Below are positions 17,606 through 27,580 of a DNA stretch of 64,000 nucleotides, in pieces; the stretch's first letter is position 1, and each line of letters opens with the position of its first letter. Under the pieces are notes generated by a model. That model saw only the letters and a program-made list of their open reading frames with translations. It was not told the DNA's origin and ran no database searches. The stretch comes from an uncultured Eubacteriales bacterium (GTDB taxonomy: Bacteria; Bacillota; Clostridia; Peptostreptococcales; Anaerovoracaceae): the NCBI GenBank assembly GCA_900315125.1, contig OMXT01000019.1, positions 1,240-65,239 of the forward strand, read 5' to 3'. The position numbers and the translations under genes are program-made.

Positions 17606-18312
17606 TGCTGGACAGAAACAGGATGCCCGGACACGTTGCCATCATCATGGATGGCAACGGCCGCTGGGCGGAAAGGAACGGCGTCTCCCGGCTCACCGGC
17701 CATAATGCCGGCATGGAATCCATGAAGGAGATCGTCCGCAGAGCTTCTGATCTGGGAATTCAATATCTTACGGTCTACGCATTTTCTACAGAAAACTGGA
17801 AGCGCTCCATGGAGGAGGTTTCCGGGATTTTTAAGTTGCTGGTAAAGTTTGTCCGGCTGGATCTGGATGAGCTGGACCGGGAGAATGTGAAGGTCTGCGC
17901 CCTGGGCGACTACAGTGTGATCCCGGATGCGGCGCGGAAGAGTCTGGAGAAGACGCTGGAGCAGACCAGGGATAATACGGGTCTGCAGTTTAATATTGCC
18001 ATTAATTACGGCAGCCGGGCGGAGATCGTCCGGGCAGTGAACCGCATGATCGCGGATGGAATAACGGAGGCGGACGAGGAGACGGTCAGCCGGTATCTCT
18101 ATACCGGAGATGAGAACGGGAATGTGCCGGATCCGGATCTGGTGATCCGCACCAGCGGGGAGGAACGGCTCTCCAATTTCCTGCTGTGGCAGTGCGCTTA
18201 CAGCGAGTTCGTATTTACCGACACGCTGTGGCCTGATTTTTCGCCGGAGAAGTTCGAGGAAATGATCGAGATCTATCAGGGGCGTGACCGGCGCTTCGGC
18301 GGAAGAAAATAA
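17605..18312 (+). CDS. uppS: isoprenyl transferase (undecaprenyl-diphosphate synthase)
   Basis: HVAIIMDGNGRWA, YAFSTENWKR and RTSGEERLSNFLLWQ motifs. Confidence 0.95.
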   Translation: MLDRNRMPGHVAIIMDGNGRWAERNGVSRLTGHNAGMESMKEIVRRASDLGIQYLTVYAFSTENWKRSMEEVSGIFKLLVKFVRLDLDELDRENVKVCALGDYSVIPDAARKSLEKTLEQTRDNTGLQFNIAINYGSRAEIVRAVNRMIADGITEADEETVSRYLYTGDENGNVPDPDLVIRTSGEERLSNFLLWQCAYSEFVFTDTLWPDFSPEKFEEMIEIYQGRDRRFGGRK

Positions 18313-18390
18313 AAGAGGTTTCAGAACAGACGGCGGCTCTTTATATTGGGGAAGAGCCGCCGCAGAATGAGAAAGAAGAGGTAAGGGGTC

Positions 18391-19194
18391 ATGAAGACGA
18401 GAATCATATCCGGTATCTGCATGGTGCCGCTGCTCATACTGGTATACCTGGGGAGTTACTGGCTGGCAGCGCTGTGCATATTTATCGGCTTCGTGGGTGT
18501 TCGGGAGTTTTTCCAGGGATTTGAGCACATGGGGATCCATCCTTCCTATAAGATCGCGTACATCTCCCTGTTCCTGCTCTACTTGATCCACGGCCTGTGG
18601 CCGGGAGAGAACATCCTGATCCTGGGATGGCTGGCGCTCTCGGTGATCCTCAGCAATCTCTATCTATTCAATATTGAGCACAGGGAGCCGGCGGACGCCA
18701 TGGCAACCATCACGGGCATCGTCTATATCATATTCTTCTCCTACCACTTCGTTCTGGTGGATACCTGCGGGGAGTACAGCGTCATGATCTGGATGGTGCT
18801 GCTGTGCGCTTTCGGATCGGATATCTTCGCCTACTTTACGGGTGTATTCCTGGGCAAACACAAGATGGCGCCCCATCTGAGCCCGAAGAAGACATGGGAG
18901 GGCGCTGTGGGCGGCGTCATCGGCAGTGCAGTATTATGCGGACTGTTCGGATGGTTCCTGATCAGGCCTTTGTTTATCCACTGTCTCATCATCGGACTCA
19001 TCGGGTCTCCCATTTCCATGTGCGGCGATTTGACCGCCTCTGCATATAAGAGGAAGATGGGCATCAAGGACTACGGCAATCTGATCCCGGGACACGGAGG
19101 CATCATGGACCGCTTTGACAGCTGCCTTTTCGTCGCGCCCTTCGTCTATTATTACATTGCCATCGTCCTGGTCCATTTCCAGCTCGGTGTATAA
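18391..19194 (+). CDS. cdsA: phosphatidate cytidylyltransferase
   Basis: Polytopic membrane protein with the CDS signature SAYKRKMGIKDYGNLIPGHGGIMDRFDS. Confidence 0.9.
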   Translation: MKTRIISGICMVPLLILVYLGSYWLAALCIFIGFVGVREFFQGFEHMGIHPSYKIAYISLFLLYLIHGLWPGENILILGWLALSVILSNLYLFNIEHREPADAMATITGIVYIIFFSYHFVLVDTCGEYSVMIWMVLLCAFGSDIFAYFTGVFLGKHKMAPHLSPKKTWEGAVGGVIGSAVLCGLFGWFLIRPLFIHCLIIGLIGSPISMCGDLTASAYKRKMGIKDYGNLIPGHGGIMDRFDSCLFVAPFVYYYIAIVLVHFQLGV

Positions 19195-19334
19195 GGGGAT
19201 TTTTTATGGGAAAACACGAAATAGAGAGCCGGCAGGGCCTGGTGCCCCGGCGGCTTGCAGATAAACTGGGCGCCTGGGAGCGGACGATCCTGGGGACCGG
19301 AAGCGGCGCTCAGGAGAAACGGGGGGATTCAGAG

Positions 19335-20492
19335 GTGAAAAGCATAGCCATACTTGGGAGCACGGGATCCATCGGCACCCAGACGCTGGATGTGATCCGC
19401 CGCCACCCGGACCGGTTCCGTGTGACGGCGCTGGCCTGCGGTCATAACGTGGAACTCCTGCGGGAACAGATCAGAGAATTTAAACCGAAACTCGCGGTAT
19501 GCGACCGGCCTGAGGACGCCTCAGAGCTGGCGTGGGAATTTCCGGGAGTTTCCTTTGCCTTTGGAGAGGAAGGCCTGGGGGAGGTAGCGACTGCCGGCGC
19601 GGACATGGTCGTCAGTGCCCTTTCCGGCATCCGGGGACTGCTGCCGACTTACCAGGCGATCCTTTCCGGCAGCGACATTGCCTTTGCTAATAAGGAAACG
19701 CTGGTCACCGGCGGCAGGCTTGTCATGGACGCGGTGAGAGAATCCGGCGTCCGCATGCTTCCTGTGGACAGTGAACACAGCGCCATTTTCCAGTGCCTGG
19801 AGGGGAACAGGGACCGGCAGGTCCGGCGGATCCTCCTGACCGCTTCCGGCGGCCCCTTCCGGGGCGCCAGCCTTTCTGATCTTGAGAAAGTCACGCCGGA
19901 GATGGCTCTGGCTCACCCGAACTGGAGCATGGGACGGAAAGTGACCATCGATTCTGCGACCATGATGAACAAGGGACTGGAGATGATCGAAGCCCGGTGG
20001 CTGTTCGACATCGATCTGGACCGCATCCAGGTGCTTGTTCATCCCCAGAGTGTGGTACACTCTGCCGTGGAGTTCATGGATACCTCGGTCATTGCCCAGA
20101 TGGCGTCGCCGGACATGCGGGTGCCCATCAGCCTTGCTCTTTCCTGGCCGGAACGGCTGGACGCAGGGGACCTGGCGCCGGAGCTCGCTCTGGATTTCTT
20201 CGGGGACAAAGCCCGGGCTCTCACATTTGAACCGGCAGATACCTCCGTGTTCCGCTGTCTGAAGATCGCGGCAGACGCAGGCAGAGCCGGCGGCAATGAA
20301 CCGGTGATCATGAACGCCGCAAACGAGGTGCTGGTTCAGGCGTTTCTGGACCGGCGCATCGGATTTACCGAGATCCCGGACCGCATAGAAGAAGCGCTGG
20401 AAGCCCACGGTCACGCAGAGGTTTCAGATGTAGAAGAGATCCTGGATATCGACCAGCGGACCCGGGCGGAAGTAGAAAGCAGGCTCCCATGA
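19335..20492 (+). CDS. dxr: 1-deoxy-D-xylulose-5-phosphate reductoisomerase
   Basis: KSIAILGSTGSIGTQTLDV NADPH motif, SEHSAIFQC, NKGLEMIEA. The start is taken at GTG 19335, giving about 385 aa. The ATG 19206 of the track adds 43 residues with no similarity, so the exact start is uncertain. Confidence 0.85.
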   Translation: MKSIAILGSTGSIGTQTLDVIRRHPDRFRVTALACGHNVELLREQIREFKPKLAVCDRPEDASELAWEFPGVSFAFGEEGLGEVATAGADMVVSALSGIRGLLPTYQAILSGSDIAFANKETLVTGGRLVMDAVRESGVRMLPVDSEHSAIFQCLEGNRDRQVRRILLTASGGPFRGASLSDLEKVTPEMALAHPNWSMGRKVTIDSATMMNKGLEMIEARWLFDIDLDRIQVLVHPQSVVHSAVEFMDTSVIAQMASPDMRVPISLALSWPERLDAGDLAPELALDFFGDKARALTFEPADTSVFRCLKIAADAGRAGGNEPVIMNAANEVLVQAFLDRRIGFTEIPDRIEEALEAHGHAEVSDVEEILDIDQRTRAEVESRLP

Positions 20493-21478
20493 TAACGGCG
20501 ATCCTGGCGGTATTTCTCTTCGTCGTATTGATATTTCCCCATGAACTGGGACATTTTATCGCTGCCAAATCCGTGGGTGTGCAGGTGAACGAGTTCGCCT
20601 TCGGCATGGGGCCTGCCCTGTGGAAAAAGCAGAGAGGGGAGACCCAGTACAGCATCCGGGCGTTTCCCATCGGCGGCTACTGCGCCATGGAAGGGGAGTC
20701 CGAGGATTCGGAGAATCCCCGGGCGCTGAACAACCAGTCCGCTGCCCACAAGTTGATCATCCTCTTCGCCGGTTCGGTGATGAACGTACTGATCGCTGTG
20801 CTCATCATGAGCATCCTCATGGGCGTTCTGGGAGAAGCGACGACGACGATTGGAAAGGTGAACAGCGGCTATCCGGCAGCGGAAGCCGGCGTCCGGGCCG
20901 GGGACCAGCTCGTTTCCGCTGACGGAAAAGCCATCAGTAAATGGTCCGAGCTTTCGGCGTCCCTGAACAGCAGTGACACGGTGCGCCTTGTCGTGAGCCG
21001 TGACGGACAGGAGAAGACATTCGACATCACCCCGGTGAAAGAAAATGACCGGTATCTGATCGGCGTATCGCCCCGGGTATCCCATAATCCGGTGATCGCG
21101 GTAAAGAACGGCTGCATTGCGTCCTGGAACATGACCATCAAGCTCTACGAGTCGCTGAAGATGCTCTTTACCGGCGAGGCAAAGGCGAAGGATCTTTCCG
21201 GGCCGGTGGGCATGGTGTCCCTGGTGCATCAGACCGTATCCATGGGACTGACGACGTTCTTCTATCTCATGGCGCTGATCAGCCTGAATCTGGCTGTGAT
21301 CAATCTGCTGCCCCTGCCCGCACTTGACGGGGGACGCATTCTGTTTGTTATAATCCGAATGTTTACAGGAAAGGCGATAACGGACCGGCAGGAAGCGGCG
21401 GTCCATGCGGCGGGCATGGGGCTTCTGCTGGCACTGATGGTCCTCGTCACCTGGAATGATATTACGAGGCTGTTTTAG
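20489..21478 (+). CDS. rseP: RIP metalloprotease RseP/RasP (site-2 protease, M50)
   Basis: HELGHF zinc motif, PDZ-like middle, NLLPLPALDGG motif. Confidence 0.9.
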   Translation: MITAILAVFLFVVLIFPHELGHFIAAKSVGVQVNEFAFGMGPALWKKQRGETQYSIRAFPIGGYCAMEGESEDSENPRALNNQSAAHKLIILFAGSVMNVLIAVLIMSILMGVLGEATTTIGKVNSGYPAAEAGVRAGDQLVSADGKAISKWSELSASLNSSDTVRLVVSRDGQEKTFDITPVKENDRYLIGVSPRVSHNPVIAVKNGCIASWNMTIKLYESLKMLFTGEAKAKDLSGPVGMVSLVHQTVSMGLTTFFYLMALISLNLAVINLLPLPALDGGRILFVIIRMFTGKAITDRQEAAVHAAGMGLLLALMVLVTWNDITRLF

Positions 21479-22540
21479 ATGAGTAAACAGGTAATGATAA
21501 GAGACGTAGCCGTGGGCGGTGGCGCTCCGGTGAGCATCCAGTCTATGACCAACGCAGATTCCCGGGACGAGAAGGGGATCATGGAGCAGATCGCGCGGCT
21601 GGGAGACGCGGGATGCCAGATCGTTCGCATCGCCGTTCCAGATCAGGAGGCATTGGATGTTTTCCGCAGCGTCCGGAAGAAGACGGATCTGCCCCTGGTG
21701 GCGGACATTCACTTCGACTACCGCCTGGCTATTGGAGCCATAGAAGCGGGCGCGGACAAGATCCGCATCAATCCTGGAAATATCGGATCCCGGGAACGGG
21801 TTCAGGCTGTGGTCAGCGCGGCGAAGGACCGGAACATTCCCATCAGAGTGGGCGTCAATTCCGGGTCTCTGGAGAAAGAGATCGTGGAGCGGGACGGAGG
21901 CGTCACCGCCCGGGGGCTTGCGGAGAGCGCCATACGCAGCGCTAAAATAATAGAGGATATGGACTATGACAACCTGGTCATATCCATAAAGGCTACGGAT
22001 GTGGCCATGAACTACCAGGCCCATCGGATCGCGTCGAAACTGACGGATCATCCTTTCCATATCGGAATCACGGAAGCGGGGACGCCCAGGCGGGGCAAAG
22101 TCCGCTCTGCTGTGGGCATCGGAGCGCTGCTGATGGCAGGCATCGGCGACACCATGCGGGTCTCCCTTACCGCGGATCCGGTGGAAGAAGTCTACTTCGC
22201 CCGGGAGATCCTGGAGGCGGCAGGACTGCGGGAGAGCCCCTATGAACTGGTGAGCTGTCCCACCTGCGGCAGGACCCGCATCGATCTGGAAGGACTGGCG
22301 GACGAGGTGGACCGCCGCCTGGCGGACATGAAGGATCTGCGGCCGGGGCTGAAGATCGCTGTCATGGGCTGCGTGGTCAACGGACCGGGGGAAGCGAAGG
22401 AAGCAGACTACGGCTGCGCGGGAGGCGACGGCAAGGGCGTCATCATCGCGAAGGGCGAGATCGTGAAAACCGTCCCGGAGGCGCAGCTTGCGGATGAACT
22501 GTTACGGGTGATCAAAGAGAATGAATCGTATACTGACTGA
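21479..22540 (+). CDS. ispG: 4-hydroxy-3-methylbut-2-enyl diphosphate synthase
   Basis: IQSMTN, INPGNIG and C-terminal CPTCGRT...GCVVNGPGE Fe-S motifs. Confidence 0.95.
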   Translation: MSKQVMIRDVAVGGGAPVSIQSMTNADSRDEKGIMEQIARLGDAGCQIVRIAVPDQEALDVFRSVRKKTDLPLVADIHFDYRLAIGAIEAGADKIRINPGNIGSRERVQAVVSAAKDRNIPIRVGVNSGSLEKEIVERDGGVTARGLAESAIRSAKIIEDMDYDNLVISIKATDVAMNYQAHRIASKLTDHPFHIGITEAGTPRRGKVRSAVGIGALLMAGIGDTMRVSLTADPVEEVYFAREILEAAGLRESPYELVSCPTCGRTRIDLEGLADEVDRRLADMKDLRPGLKIAVMGCVVNGPGEAKEADYGCAGGDGKGVIIAKGEIVKTVPEAQLADELLRVIKENESYTD

Positions 22541-25500
22541 GAATATAAACTGGGACGCGCTGGATCTCACAGACCGCAGCCAGGCGGTCTGTGAGATCCT
22601 GGACGCGTTTATACTGAAATCAAACAGGCTGCTCCATATACTGGTCAGCCTGAATTTCGTCATGCCCGAGGAAGCGGAGCAGAGAGCCAGAAAGCAGCTG
22701 ATGGACAGTATTCCGGGAATAGAAGGAGTGGAGATCGTCTATTCCTATGACCGGGAGCATCCGGCCATGGAGCCGGAGCGGTTCCTGTCGGACCTGGTAT
22801 TTCGCCTGGTGGACCGGTCGGACTGCCCCATGAAGGCGGCGGTCCGCCGGGGAAGCGCGGACGTGGAGGGGGACGAAATCCGGATCCACGCTCTGGGGGA
22901 TGTGGCGACGGAAGAGCTGAACCGGTGCCTTTCTCGGGATCTTTCGGCCAAGATCCACAGTCGGATCGGACGGCAGGTCAGGGTTTTGTTCCGAAGCGAC
23001 GAGGCAGATTATGATGAGGCAGAGAAGGCGAAGAAGGAGCATGACCGGAAGGTAGAGAAGGAGCAGGAAGAAACGGCGCGAAAGGCGGCGTCTGCTCCTA
23101 AAAAGAGGAAAAAAGAAAGCACTCAGAGCAGCGGCGGGTCCTTCGACGGATCAGCGGGGGGCGGCGGTTTCCGCAGACGGGAGCCGAAGGGGCCTCTCGC
23201 CCAGGGCGGCGCGATCCTGGGCCGGCCGATTCACGGGGATCCAGTGCCCCTTGTCAGCCTCAAGCCGGACTCCGGTCACGTTACCGTAGAGGGCATGCTC
23301 TTCAAGAAGGATACCCGGCCGGTGCGGAATGAGAAGCTGCTTGTTTCCCTGCTCATCACGGACAAGAAGACATCGGCATGCCTCAAGTTCTTTATCAGGG
23401 AAGAGCAGTGGGGCGAGGTAGAGGACAAGCTGAAGATCGGCAGCTCCATTGCAGCCAGCGGCGAGACGGAATGGAACCGTTTCGACAACTGTCTGGACAT
23501 CATGGTGAAGAACATCGATCCCAGGGAGACGCCCCGCCGGGTGGATACCTGGGAGGGGAAGAAGCGGGTGGAGCTCCACGCCCATACCAAGATGAGCGCT
23601 ATGGACGGGCTCAACGAGGTGGACCAGCTGGTGAAGGTCAGCGCGGGCTGGGGGCAGCCGGCGGTGGCGATCACGGATCACGGGGTGGTCCAGGGATTTC
23701 CGGACGCGGCGAACGCGGCGGGGAAATGCGCCAAGGCGGGGAACCCGATCAAAGTCCTGTTCGGCCTGGAAGGCTATGTGTTTGACGACGCGGACTGCAT
23801 CCGGGAGGACGGCTCCATAGACTATAAAAAGAAGGGGACGAACCACATCATTCTCCTGGCCCGGACCCAGGAAGGGCTGAAGAACATCTACAAGCTGGTG
23901 TCCGTCTCCCACCTGAACTATTTCTATAAACGGCCCCGGATCCCCTGGTCTGTCCTGGAGGAGCACCGGGAGGGCATCATCGTCGGCTCCGCCTGCGAGG
24001 CAGGCGAAGTGTACCGGTCGATCCGGGACGGACTCTCTGAGGAAGAGATTGAGCGGATCGCCAGTCGCTATGACTATCTGGAGATCCAGCCCCTGATCAA
24101 CGACCGGTTCATGGTAGAGAACGGACTGGTCTCCGGCTGGGAGGATCTGCGGAACATCAACCGGAAGATCCTGGCTCTGGGCGACAAGCTGGGCAAGCCG
24201 GTCTGCGCTACCACAGACGCTCACTACGATGAGCCGGAATCGGCCATTTACAGGAATATCCTCATGGCGGGCATGGGATTTAAGGACGCGGAGCAGGGAC
24301 AGGGTCTCTATCTGCGGACAACGGCGGAGATGATGGAGGAGTTCTCCTACCTTGGCGAAGACCGGGCTTACGAAGTGGTCGTAGAGAATACCAATAAGAT
24401 CGCGGACATGATAGACGACGGCATCCTGCCGGTGCCCAAGGGCAAGTTTCCGCCCCGGATCGAAGGCGCGGAGGAGACCCTGCGGACCACCTGCATGAAC
24501 CGGGCCCACGAGATTTACGGCGACCCCCTGCCGGACATCATCCAGGAGCGGCTGGACACGGAGCTGAACGCCATCATCGGCAACGGCTACGCGGTCATGT
24601 ATGTATCGGCTCAGATGCTGGTGCACAAGTCCAACGAAGACGGCTATCTGGTCGGCTCCCGGGGATCCGTAGGTTCCTCTCTGGCTGCCACCATGGCGGG
24701 CATTACGGAGGTCAATCCTCTGGATCCCCACTATATCTGCCCCAACTGCAAGCACCTGGAATGGGGGGATATGCAGAAATACGACTGCGGCGTGGACATG
24801 CCCGTGAAGAACTGCCCGGAGTGCGGGACGGAGATGAAGCGGGACGGCTTTACCATTCCGTTCGCTACGTTTCTGGGGTTCAAGGGCAATAAGGAACCGG
24901 ATATCGACCTGAATTTCGCCGGGGAGTACCAGCCCCGGGCCCATAAATATGTCGGCGAGATCTTCGGCGAGAAGAACGTGTTCAAGGCGGGTACCGTAGG
25001 CACGGTAGCGGATAAGACCGCCTACGGCTATGTCATGAAGTTCGCGGAGGAGACGGGACGGCCCATCAACAAGTTTGAGGCGGACCGGCTGGCTCAGGGA
25101 TGCACGGGCGTGAAGCGGACCACGGGGCAGCATCCCGGAGGCATCGTTATCGTGCCGGATGATCATGAGATCTATGAGTTCTGTCCGGTGCAGCACCCGG
25201 CAAACGATACCAAGTCGGACATCGTCACCACCCACTTTGATTACCATAAGATCGACCAGAACCTGCTGAAGCTGGATATCCTGGGTCACAACGTGCCCTC
25301 TCAGATCCGCCAGCTCCAGGACATGACGGGCATAGACCCCATGGATGTGGATCTGTCAGACCGGTCGGTGCTGACCATATTCAACGGTCTGGAAGCCCTG
25401 GATATAAAAGACCCTGATTACCGCTTCACTCACGGGAGCTACGCGATCCCCGAGTTCGGCACATCCTTCGTCCGCCAGATGCTGGACGACGCCAAACCGG

Positions 25501-26324
25501 ACAAGTTCGCGGACCTGGTCCGGATCTCCGGATTCTCCCACGGCACGGACGTATGGCTGGGCAACGCCCAGGAGTACATCCGAAACGGCACGGCGACCAT
25601 GAGCGAGGTGATCTCCACCCGTGACGACATCATGAACTACCTGATCCTGAAGGGCGTGGAGAATGAGACCGCCTTCCGGATCATGGAGGACGTCCGCAAG
25701 CCGAAGCTCGTTGTTACCGAGGAAGACGAGAGCGTCATGAAGGAGCACGGCGTTCCCGACTGGTACATCGATTCCTGTAAGAAGATAAAATACATGTTCC
25801 CCCGGGCCCACGCGGTGGCTTATGTCATGATGTCCTTCCGCCTGGCCTGGTACAAGGTATACTATCCGCCGGAGTTCTACGCCACGTTCTTCTCCACGGT
25901 GGTGAACAGTTTTAACGCGGACGTGATCCTGAAGGGCAAGCAGGCGGTGCTTGATCGGATGGATGAGATCGCCATGCTGGGCAATAACGCGACGGCGAAG
26001 GATAAGGATGAGCTGACGGTCCTGGAAGTGGCTTATGAGATGTACGCCCGGGGCTACGCGTTCACCGACGCGGAGCTGGGCGCGTCCCACGCCCTCAAGT
26101 TCTGGGTAAAGGACGGCAAAGTCCTGCTGCCCTTCGCGGCGTTCAGCGGCGTAGGCGAGACGGCTGCCCGGGCCCTGGCCGACGCCTACGAGGAGCATCC
26201 CTTCGATACCGTAGAGGACGCCATGAACCGAAGCCACATCAGCAAAGCCGTGGTGGACGTGCTCCGGGAGCACGGGGTGTTCCGGGGGCTGCCGGAGACG
26301 GATCAGCTGAGCTGGGTGCTTTGA
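22521..26324 (+). CDS. polC: PolC-type DNA polymerase III alpha subunit, apparently without the DEDDh exonuclease domain
   Basis: 1267 aa. It has an OB-fold segment, PHP motifs (VELHAHTKMSAMDG, AITDHGVVQ), a Zn module CPNC...CPECG, polymerase core (GSRGSVGSS, GVKRTTGQHPGGI, LKLDILGH) and a C-terminal tail. No FDVETTG-type exonuclease block is present between PHP-N and PHP-C (see findings). Confidence 0.9.
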   Translation: MNRILTENINWDALDLTDRSQAVCEILDAFILKSNRLLHILVSLNFVMPEEAEQRARKQLMDSIPGIEGVEIVYSYDREHPAMEPERFLSDLVFRLVDRSDCPMKAAVRRGSADVEGDEIRIHALGDVATEELNRCLSRDLSAKIHSRIGRQVRVLFRSDEADYDEAEKAKKEHDRKVEKEQEETARKAASAPKKRKKESTQSSGGSFDGSAGGGGFRRREPKGPLAQGGAILGRPIHGDPVPLVSLKPDSGHVTVEGMLFKKDTRPVRNEKLLVSLLITDKKTSACLKFFIREEQWGEVEDKLKIGSSIAASGETEWNRFDNCLDIMVKNIDPRETPRRVDTWEGKKRVELHAHTKMSAMDGLNEVDQLVKVSAGWGQPAVAITDHGVVQGFPDAANAAGKCAKAGNPIKVLFGLEGYVFDDADCIREDGSIDYKKKGTNHIILLARTQEGLKNIYKLVSVSHLNYFYKRPRIPWSVLEEHREGIIVGSACEAGEVYRSIRDGLSEEEIERIASRYDYLEIQPLINDRFMVENGLVSGWEDLRNINRKILALGDKLGKPVCATTDAHYDEPESAIYRNILMAGMGFKDAEQGQGLYLRTTAEMMEEFSYLGEDRAYEVVVENTNKIADMIDDGILPVPKGKFPPRIEGAEETLRTTCMNRAHEIYGDPLPDIIQERLDTELNAIIGNGYAVMYVSAQMLVHKSNEDGYLVGSRGSVGSSLAATMAGITEVNPLDPHYICPNCKHLEWGDMQKYDCGVDMPVKNCPECGTEMKRDGFTIPFATFLGFKGNKEPDIDLNFAGEYQPRAHKYVGEIFGEKNVFKAGTVGTVADKTAYGYVMKFAEETGRPINKFEADRLAQGCTGVKRTTGQHPGGIVIVPDDHEIYEFCPVQHPANDTKSDIVTTHFDYHKIDQNLLKLDILGHNVPSQIRQLQDMTGIDPMDVDLSDRSVLTIFNGLEALDIKDPDYRFTHGSYAIPEFGTSFVRQMLDDAKPDKFADLVRISGFSHGTDVWLGNAQEYIRNGTATMSEVISTRDDIMNYLILKGVENETAFRIMEDVRKPKLVVTEEDESVMKEHGVPDWYIDSCKKIKYMFPRAHAVAYVMMSFRLAWYKVYYPPEFYATFFSTVVNSFNADVILKGKQAVLDRMDEIAMLGNNATAKDKDELTVLEVAYEMYARGYAFTDAELGASHALKFWVKDGKVLLPFAAFSGVGETAARALADAYEEHPFDTVEDAMNRSHISKAVVDVLREHGVFRGLPETDQLSWVL

Positions 26325-26846
26325 ACAAAGCCCTGGCTCCGGCATGATCCGGCAAGTCGTGAATAATAAATGATGCTGTCAGCGGTAATAATAGGCCTTC
26401 TTTGAGTCTTCAATGATAAAAGGAATGAGATTGTAATGCAGGCATTCGTTTCGTCTCGAAGCTGCTGGAGAACCGGATTGTCCGAGATGACCCGGTATAG
26501 ATCTGTCGGTTCACAGGAAAGATAATCCGCTATACGAGTACACAGCCTTCTCCTTTTTGTTGCTTTACTTTATTCTATCAAAAACGAGAAAAAGTAAAGC
26601 GGATTGGAATGGTTATACTGAAAAAAGTAAAGCATCGACTGTCTGAGATCTTCAGGGGTCAATGTAACTGTACAATGACCCTCTTGACGCATATAAGCGA
26701 ATACGACATTATGCCGACAACATGCTTAGAAGATTGGATCCGCGTTTGAGGTCAGCTTGCCCTTGAGACGGTGGAAAAATGAGAAAACACTTGGAAAACC
26801 ATTTGCTCGACGATATAATTGAATTAACGAAGTTCGAGGAGTAGCC

Positions 26847-27105
26847 ATGCCAATAATATCAATTTTCCGTGGTATAAAAATAACCATGTATTACAGCGAT
26901 CATAACCCACCACATTTCCATGCGGAGTATGCAGGCAATAAGTGCATTGTAGATATACAGAATGGCTGTGTTATCGAAGGGGCATTATCTGCCCGTGCGC
27001 TATAATTAGTCCTTGCCTGGAACGAACTTCACCGCGATGAATTAATGCAGAATTGGGAACTCGCCAGGATGGCAAAGACATTAAACCAGATTTCCCCTCT
27101 GTAAG
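26847..27105 (+). pseudogene. DUF4160-family gene, disrupted (nonsense plus frameshift)
   Basis: MPIISIFRGIKITMYYSDHNPPHFHAEY... is a typical DUF4160 N-terminus. There is an in-frame TAA at 27003-27005. The family-like C-terminus (WELARMAKTLNQISPL*) is reached only after a +1 shift near 27060. No ORF of 60 aa or more survives in the track. Confidence 0.7.
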
Positions 27106-27209
27106 AATGCCATTTTGTTCTGACAGCTTTAGTCATGAGAGGGAACGGATACCTAACTGGATGTTAGATTATCTGTACCCTACAAATCTATTGTAGGAGG
27201 AGAGTGCGA

Positions 27210-27506
27210 ATGCAGTATTATCCAGAAGTAGTCCAAGTACTTGCGCTTGACAACAAGCATCTCGCCGTCTATTTCTCTGATGGTCATATTAAAGGATTTG
27301 ATGTCAATCCTCTGATCGAAAAAGGCGGCGTATTTCAACCGTTGAAAGACGATAAGATATTCCGTAATCGCCTGACGGTGATGAACGGTACAGCAGCATG
27401 GGACATTGATGGTAACCGAGATGAGACAAGATGCGTCGATATTGACCCCTTTGAACTATACAAGGCAAAGGATATCGACGATCCACTTTCAGAAAAGACA
27501 GCCTGA
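27210..27506 (+). CDS. DUF2442-family protein
   Basis: 98 aa (MQYYPEVVQVLALDNKHLAVYFSDGHIKGFDV...MNGTAAWDIDG...DIDPFELY). ATG 27210 lies 9 nt after AGGAGG. It sits in the usual partner position downstream of a DUF4160 gene. Confidence 0.7.
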   Translation: MQYYPEVVQVLALDNKHLAVYFSDGHIKGFDVNPLIEKGGVFQPLKDDKIFRNRLTVMNGTAAWDIDGNRDETRCVDIDPFELYKAKDIDDPLSEKTA

Positions 27507-27580
27507 ACTATTGTCTGTTATCATAAACAGCCGGTTTCCCCGCTGGTATTGATTGGCAGAGTAACTGGAGGTGGACTATT

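Noticed and set aside
26847-27105. Programmed stop-codon read-through or recoding in the DUF4160 gene instead of a pseudogene.
   Set aside because: A second, independent lesion is present: a +1 frameshift near 27060. The gene therefore needs two recoding events, and decay is the simpler explanation. A sequencing error cannot be excluded without reads.
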